DNA of 32,000 nucleotides. Origin: Paramicrosporidium saccamoebae KSL3 (taxonomy: Eukaryota; Fungi; Cryptomycota). Each line of letters opens with the position of its first letter. Position 1 is the stretch's first letter. Of this stretch, positions 27,001 to 32,000 are shown piece by piece. The notes beneath the pieces were generated by a model. That model searched no databases. It was not told the DNA's origin and worked only from the letters and a program-made list of their open reading frames with translations. Made by a program: the position numbers and the translations under genes. Location: assembly GCA_002794465.1 (NCBI GenBank), contig MTSL01000137.1, positions 41,861 to 73,860 on the forward strand, given 5' to 3'.

Positions 27001-29802
27001 GTCGAGAGGACTTGGCCGTGGTGTTCGCCCGTCCTTTAGTTCTTTGAGGCCCTTACTGCGTTCTCGTGGGTCAGAAGACAATTCTGGGGTTAGATGATCG
27101 GACGGGAATTGGAGGTTTTTTCTACATTCCTCGGAGAAATTGGCCCTAAGCCAAGTGTATCGAAGGTACTCTCCTTTGCGTAGGCTTGCGCAGAATGTTT
27201 GAGGTATGTTGGAAATTATACTGGCAGCATTCCCAACATTCTCTAGCGTAGCCAGGAGATGGATCCCGGCGCGTTTTTGGTGGCACACGGTAATGCCCTC
27301 GGTAATGATCGGGCCCAGGACAGCAAATAGATTCTTTGGAAGCGTCTTTGCTTTAACCATCAGTGCATGTCCAAGCAGAGGAATGCGATCAAGCAAAGCA
27401 CTTAGGAGGATCCTATTAATCTTGTAACTAGGGAGATTTGGTAATCCGATATCGTCTTGGCCGCCAAATAGTTGCTTTGCCAGTGTGAGGTCTAGTTTGG
27501 GATACTGCAGCACGCTCATCCACACGGATTGTGCAATCTCTGGCCTATCGGAGATGGCGATATTCCGAAAGTTTTGTGGGTCTCGTTGCATCCATTGCAC
27601 CAGTACATTTTCGGGAATATTTTTGAACGATGGTCCAATGCTACTTGTGGGTTTGCTAAAGGACCCCCTGATGCAGCTTAGCGTAGCAGATTCTATTACA
27701 TTTTCGGCCAGAAGATGTAAGCGAATCTCGTTACAGACTTTATCCTTGCCTAATTGTGCTCCAAATGAAGCTAGTTGGTCCTTGGTGATCTTTTTGAGTA
27801 GCGCGTCGGACAAGGACCCATCGTAGTAGGAAAATGCATCTGGACCAAGGTTCTTGAATGCCTTGTCCCCAGCGTTACCGAGATCTGAAAGACGCGCCAC
27901 GCATTCTGGGGGAATAATGAACGGGTATGGAATGAAATAGTCCAACTTCATTTTGGAGCAAGCTTTCGAGTCTTTGGTTGCAGCTTTTACTAGACTACTG
28001 TGAAAGTTGCGCATACGCAAGCCTTTGGATTTGAAGAGTATGAATAAATCGGCGGCACGGGATTTCAGCACATTTTTTGGGAACAGCTTAAAGTTGACCG
28101 TATTTAGGGTACCAAATTTGATCAATTCGTTGATATGAAGCTCCCAGCATTCTGTTGGAATTTGGTCACGATCCTTGATTTGGGGGAGAGCATGCAGGAA
28201 TACTGCGCACACTTCTGGCCTTGTTGCTATTTGTTCAGGCTCGATCGCAGTAGTAAACTTTAACTTGATATTTCCTTTGGAATAAGTGTCTGATTGAAGG
28301 AATGAACCATAGTTCTTTACACCGCAAGAGGAGCATAGTAACAGTTTAGCTCCGGTGACAGTCAGCCCTGAGAAGAATTTGTTTGTATACGCGTTAGGTC
28401 GCTTCAACATTTGATCAGCAGTTTTGCGGCAGCCGCCATTCAAAGACTTGAGAATGCTCTGTGTGGTGAACTGGGTCTGAACCGACCTGAGAAAGCCGCG
28501 TGGAGCATGCTTTTTGATCAATTTCCGGTGGCTTAAAGGTAGATCCAATATGATTGACGGTAAATTATGGCGATTGTCGGGGATAATGGTCTCGAGAAAC
28601 TCTTTGTTGAGATTGGCTTTGCACTTTAGGATATGCTCCCAACAGCTGTAATGAAGCAAACCGAGATACTTTGGTTTGATATTTCGAGCATCCGCTGGAT
28701 ACTCTGATATCCACTGTTTGATGATCCTTGACGGAATCTCACTAATATCCAAGGGCTTGGGGCCAGCGTGAAAGTAGCCATGCAAGCATCGTACGGTGAC
28801 TTTATGAATGCCCCGTTTTGCCAGTTCAAGACGGAGATTTTGGCAAATAATGTCTCCTTTCACCTTGCTGGCATAGTTCCTCAGATGATTTTCTGACATG
28901 ACAGTGGTAACACTTTCCGAGAGCGGTCCGTTATAGTGACGGAACGCCGTGGGTAGAGAAATTAGACGGTGCGACGCGGAGGCTTCCATAGTATTCAGAT
29001 CCGAAATCTTGGAAATACATTTGCTACTCGGAATCACATTCAAGCGAATCAGCTTCAATGCCATGTCAACGGTGAGTTTCTGACAGTTAAACTCGTCATC
29101 GAGATCGATACGGTAGGTGCTCCGAGGGACACTGCTTAGGTGTTGTTTAGCCATCAGAGTGGTGAGCAGCTCTACAGGGCGGTGGGTGAACCAATTCATG
29201 GGAAGCCTCTTGAGCATCTCCCGTGGGTGTTCTGAAGCGTTTAGGTTCGCTATAAACACGGAAATACACTCGTTGAGGGTCACTTCCGGATGCTCGAGCA
29301 GTTGATGATGGTCTGCAAATAATGCACAGACATCAGGCCCCATGGCCAATACGAGTTCATCAGTCAGCGGACTGGATGTTACCATTTCCTTATCTCTGTC
29401 AATATTAGTGGGGGCTTTTGTATGTTCATCATAGTTGTGCACGTCTAGGATTTCAAGCAGCGTCTTTGCCCCATCAAGTGTTAGACCATTGAAAAGTTTT
29501 GGTGACAGTTTAAAATTTTCTGGTAGCGACACTAATCTCTCCTTTCTGTTAAGAGCTTTTCGTAGTTTTTGGATATCACCGTCTCTTGCATCAAAGCATA
29601 CAATGGGCAATATACAGAGCAGCAGAGAAAAAAGCACGACCGTAAGGCGCAACATCCCTGGAGGGTTCCGCCAATCAGAAGAGCGATTATCTACATTGAC
29701 ATATGTAGCACTAGTGTCGCGTAGTGGGGATAAATAGTATGGACTGTCAGGCGGGAAAGGGGAGGTTTGTTCACTGCTACTCCTATAATAGTATGGATAC
29801 AC
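24064..29802 (-). CDS. Giant predicted secreted protein: 2 x 373-aa unknown module + intact S33-like alpha/beta hydrolase + degenerate hydrolase copy (likely start ATG 29655)
   Basis: 5.7-kb uninterrupted ORF. Signal-like MLRLTVVLFSLLLCILPIVC from Met50. Hydrolase motifs LAGGPGG, VDHRGLGES, GFSYG, QGLFD and RGHG. Confidence 0.88.
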   Translation of the reverse strand: MYPYYYRSSSEQTSPFPPDSPYYLSPLRDTSATYVNVDNRSSDWRNPPGMLRLTVVLFSLLLCILPIVCFDARDGDIQKLRKALNRKERLVSLPENFKLSPKLFNGLTLDGAKTLLEILDVHNYDEHTKAPTNIDRDKEMVTSSPLTDELVLAMGPDVCALFADHHQLLEHPEVTLNECISVFIANLNASEHPREMLKRLPMNWFTHRPVELLTTLMAKQHLSSVPRSTYRIDLDDEFNCQKLTVDMALKLIRLNVIPSSKCISKISDLNTMEASASHRLISLPTAFRHYNGPLSESVTTVMSENHLRNYASKVKGDIICQNLRLELAKRGIHKVTVRCLHGYFHAGPKPLDISEIPSRIIKQWISEYPADARNIKPKYLGLLHYSCWEHILKCKANLNKEFLETIIPDNRHNLPSIILDLPLSHRKLIKKHAPRGFLRSVQTQFTTQSILKSLNGGCRKTADQMLKRPNAYTNKFFSGLTVTGAKLLLCSSCGVKNYGSFLQSDTYSKGNIKLKFTTAIEPEQIATRPEVCAVFLHALPQIKDRDQIPTECWELHINELIKFGTLNTVNFKLFPKNVLKSRAADLFILFKSKGLRMRNFHSSLVKAATKDSKACSKMKLDYFIPYPFIIPPECVARLSDLGNAGDKAFKNLGPDAFSYYDGSLSDALLKKITKDQLASFGAQLGKDKVCNEIRLHLLAENVIESATLSCIRGSFSKPTSSIGPSFKNIPENVLVQWMQRDPQNFRNIAISDRPEIAQSVWMSVLQYPKLDLTLAKQLFGGQDDIGLPNLPSYKINRILLSALLDRIPLLGHALMVKAKTLPKNLFAVLGPIITEGITVCHQKRAGIHLLATLENVGNAASIISNIPQTFCASLRKGEYLRYTWLRANFSEECRKNLQFPSDHLTPELSSDPRERSKGLKELKDGRTPRPSPLDLKEMLTDIIWSNCDNTHYSRGRICARGKLRVPSNYLDPEGGSFTLTIYRYTQHNQTPRAHLIFLAGGPGGPGLLYRYKATLISELTKGDVATYLVDHRGLGESGQFTEIRGSWEAETFDLKSTFANRKFDEKDLRLEPAALDVAMVGLALKRSNPKARLSVYGFSYGALWAHEAVRFVPDLFDSAILGGVPALKGVMKEKNLRDILEHCRLDSFCRSKMGSDVLDSFPKMVEQLGNPETNECVKMMHSGFGIAGNTAEERVEAIANHFCGFVLDSPPAKAAYTNIQILLPFVKATIDCGNAETYSLHVIGRSDNASQPATLDDYDFNSFVHEAVTSDHHVPPMESFNLYPPDLHPYYFYAKDIHQLPFCRYCLVGRNRNSPEPLVTKKTAFYFLQGLFDVQTPFNIAKQVFDSVKAPLKVFQPVNNRGHGDFGLGETEYIIAAVYGQSVKKAQTLIEESAESRPMKWEFAGNENLLGKIWTMVNDASVNEPVQGNLPKMEMIQTGPITSMEKLKHADQILDAVGKNLRLTGSGIADFKCTKHLIRIPVNYTRSLEKRFNFNVWRCGKTKKARNNHVIMLTDAAEYLTEEHFTYANSLSSKLQCVVYLSQYRGLDEYKKLRNLSWEEAIKTQITPKFKVSNISGEYVANDMALLAMAIKNDPKEWKVHDRLILTGTGLGAQIGYKVAENFPSLFDSTILGNLFGSANDLPCESDSLVDLCAMDPACQRLVGKSDAESAKLYISKSIESLYSKPLNACTRELWRYFKWHQLPKGPSLKIATEDLLPLAAYDPRMLLSFAAISAQCADKQHYKTLLRGAIAGILDKPRPTSNINDFVDSVLRIVAHYQGFLGDHPPILRPFLMKYAEYNYRASELLESFGTVAKCHVQEPAILERGRIYMVQNIVNSDASFSIAEKLYHKTRGEKLWVPLKHATTPKMSHFVEKILEAEIKGSASTVVQDCIDADEKIGTDWKKVWKFKLQ

Positions 29803-30264
29803 ATCTCAGTCCTCAAATGCCCGGTAACTAGATCTTCTCCAAACTAGGGAACCATTCTCAACTACCCAACTAATCAGTCTTCTACGTCACACGAGGACGG
29901 AATAGCCATCCCTCGGGTGGACGCCAAAGACGTATAGAGTGTGTTAATGAACAGTAAAGGATGTAAAGCTTTGTGGTACGTGGTGGGCCGGCTCACCGGA
30001 TTAGGACCAAATTATAAGCGGATACTACCTAAATGAGCGCCTTTAAACTCGCCAAACACGCAAAACTAGCGCGGTGAATCTGAAAACGGTCCACAAGTTA
30101 TGCTGTGGAGCGGGACAATTTCTCCTTGTCAGTGCACAAATAAGTAGCTTTTAAAGTACTCTTCTCTTGATCGGATAAAGCGTCTGCGGTCGTGACCTGA
30201 TAAAAGTAATAGCGATATACTGCGCCACATCGAACAAGTTGTGGGGCTTTTGATAGAGGGTGCA

Positions 30265-32000
30265 ATGAGGCTACCATCCAGTGTAGTTTCATGCATGCTA
30301 GCTGTAACCGGCCAATGCAGTAACTCGTTGGTGCAGAGCATTGCGGACCTTTCTGTGAATATTATAGCTCCTGACTCACGAATGCCTGCTGGAGAATGCG
30401 GTGCCTCCGACTTGTTACAGCGTCCTCTCGATTACAAGAGTTCCCTCGAATTGAAAAGGCGGTTTGATAGACTTTGCATGTGTCCAGAGTCTCAGAGGGC
30501 TTTGGAGAATGATACCAAACTCACTCTAAGACCTATACTGTGGGGGATGGTCTCTCAGTATAATCCCGAACGAGCAAGCGTTCTTAGATTGGTATATCGG
30601 GGAGAAGGGCTATCCGCTCATAAACTAAATCTTGAGTTGCAGAAAGCCATAATGGTGGATGAATTGTCCATTTTTGATATTCCCTATATTGCCTCAAAGA
30701 GTCAAATTGCCAAGACGAGCGGTTTAGACGTTGTGAAGGAAGCCCTCCGAGAGGGTTACGCGTTTATAAGGTACTGTGCCCAAATCCCATTTTTTGTTAA
30801 CTGGGATGACCCTGAAGATTACCATTGGTTCTATGCGTACTCGTTTCGTAAGCCTTGGTTTTCTGCAGAGCTTTGGAGCAGGCTAGAGTTTGATTGGGAG
30901 CGCTATTTCTGCCAAATCTTGAGGGCAGACAATGTGGAATTTTTCAAATATATGTGGAAAAAGCTTTCATTCTCCGGCTTGAACTCAAAGATGGTCTTGC
31001 GTCAAAAGACTCTGGAATCATTAGATGCAGCAAAGATTCTGACGTACTTGGAGATGCAAGTTGCGTCAGATAAAGATTCGTTATCGAGCTTGGTCTCGTT
31101 GGAGCGCGTTAGCATTCTGCGCCAGTTACACAGTAACGGCGTTGATATATTTACAAATCCAAAGAACTTTGCAAAGATTTACGATCCCGATTTGCTTGAT
31201 TTTGTCCTGTCAGTCAACCCAGACATTGTGGATATCCGGTGGGAAATAGATGAAGCAGTTTCTTCTTGCAGCTTGGGCCTGCTTAAAGTCTTATTCCGGC
31301 GCCAAGTACGGCTGCCTGGGGATTGTAGAATGGGTATATTCGATCGATCCAGATCTCCGGCCAACCAAAGAGTGTCTCCCAAGTCTTATGGTGTGGGGGC
31401 ACGTGGAATTGTTTGATTTCCTGTACCTACTTGACCCGGGATTCCTTCCAGAACCGTATAATGAAGAGACTGCAAGTTGTGCGACTATATGGAGTATTGA
31501 CATGATTTCTAGACTGTACACAATATGTCCTGAGCTGGTCCCACTGATGCTACTCTATCGTCATGCCACAGAGTTGGGAGACACTCAAATAAATGCCTGG
31601 ATGAAAGACAGGATGCGAGGGTCGTGTAACACGAATTTGATGCCGACAGCAGATGACGTCAGCTTTGCAATTGTCGCGAAAGATTGGGAATTTGTGCGCT
31701 TGAGTGTGGAAATGGACTATACCTTGCGTCCCAGTGGAGACACGATCAGGAACCTTGTGGAAGGTATTTACAAGTGCCACTTTTCCAAGCCAAATAGGCA
31801 CATTAAGTTTCGGAACCTCATGATGTACTTGTACGAACTGACAAAAAGTTGTGAATACTTGCCTACTGCAAAGGAGCTGCGTTATCAGCCGGTAAAGCAC
31901 GTGGAATGGGCGTATTCTCTGAATAATTACCATCTCTCTCGCCAAGACTTTATGAAACTGTGCGCTTGTGACTTGGCTGGCACTGAAATTATTCAATGGG
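30265..32000 (+). pseudogene. Frameshifted ankyrin-like repeat gene, paralogue of 21704..23782; runs off the window end
   Basis: Frame 1 from ATG 30265 is family-like to about 31296. Frame 2 (open from 31250 to beyond 32000, no stop) continues the repeats: GAKYGCLGIVEWVYSIDPDLRP, VWGHVELFDFLYLLDPGFLP. A real pseudogene cannot be told apart from an assembly error. Confidence 0.7.

Noticed and set aside
31288-31306. 19-nt GT-AG intron that would repair the frameshift
   Set aside because: Far below the 29-37 nt class, no branch point, and it would delete the conserved G-A-K repeat start.
31550-31996. 148-aa minus-strand ORF
   Set aside because: Antisense shadow of the open + strand frame that continues the ankyrin-like gene.

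Overview
Gene-dense eukaryotic DNA with fungal-type genes, short intergenic gaps and very small GT-AG introns (29-37 nt). This fits a compact early-diverging fungus or microsporidian relative such as a Rozellomycota/Paramicrosporidium-like organism, but the taxonomy is inference. Bases 1-20.4 kb are a housekeeping block: MAT1/TFB3, PTPA, eIF5B, an amino-acid transporter, an FCP1-like HAD protein, ARC1, VAM7, a CsaA-like protein, an unknown gene, hexokinase, a small secreted Cys-rich protein, GTPBP1, SEC12, ATG8 and APEH. Seven introns missed by the ORF track were reconstructed by hand. After a 1.25-kb gap, 21.7-32 kb is an intronless accessory block of three predicted secreted proteins. Two are paralogous ankyrin-like repeat proteins, one of them frameshifted. 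They flank a ~1,860-1,910-aa protein of A-A'-B-B' layout: a 373-aa duplicated Cys-conserved module, then one intact and one catalytically dead S33-like alpha/beta hydrolase. The most interesting items are this candidate effector island and a bacterial-type CsaA that appears to be fused into a single-chain tandem dimer. No rRNA, tRNA, CRISPR array or mobile element was supported. All calls are by eye; no searches were run.
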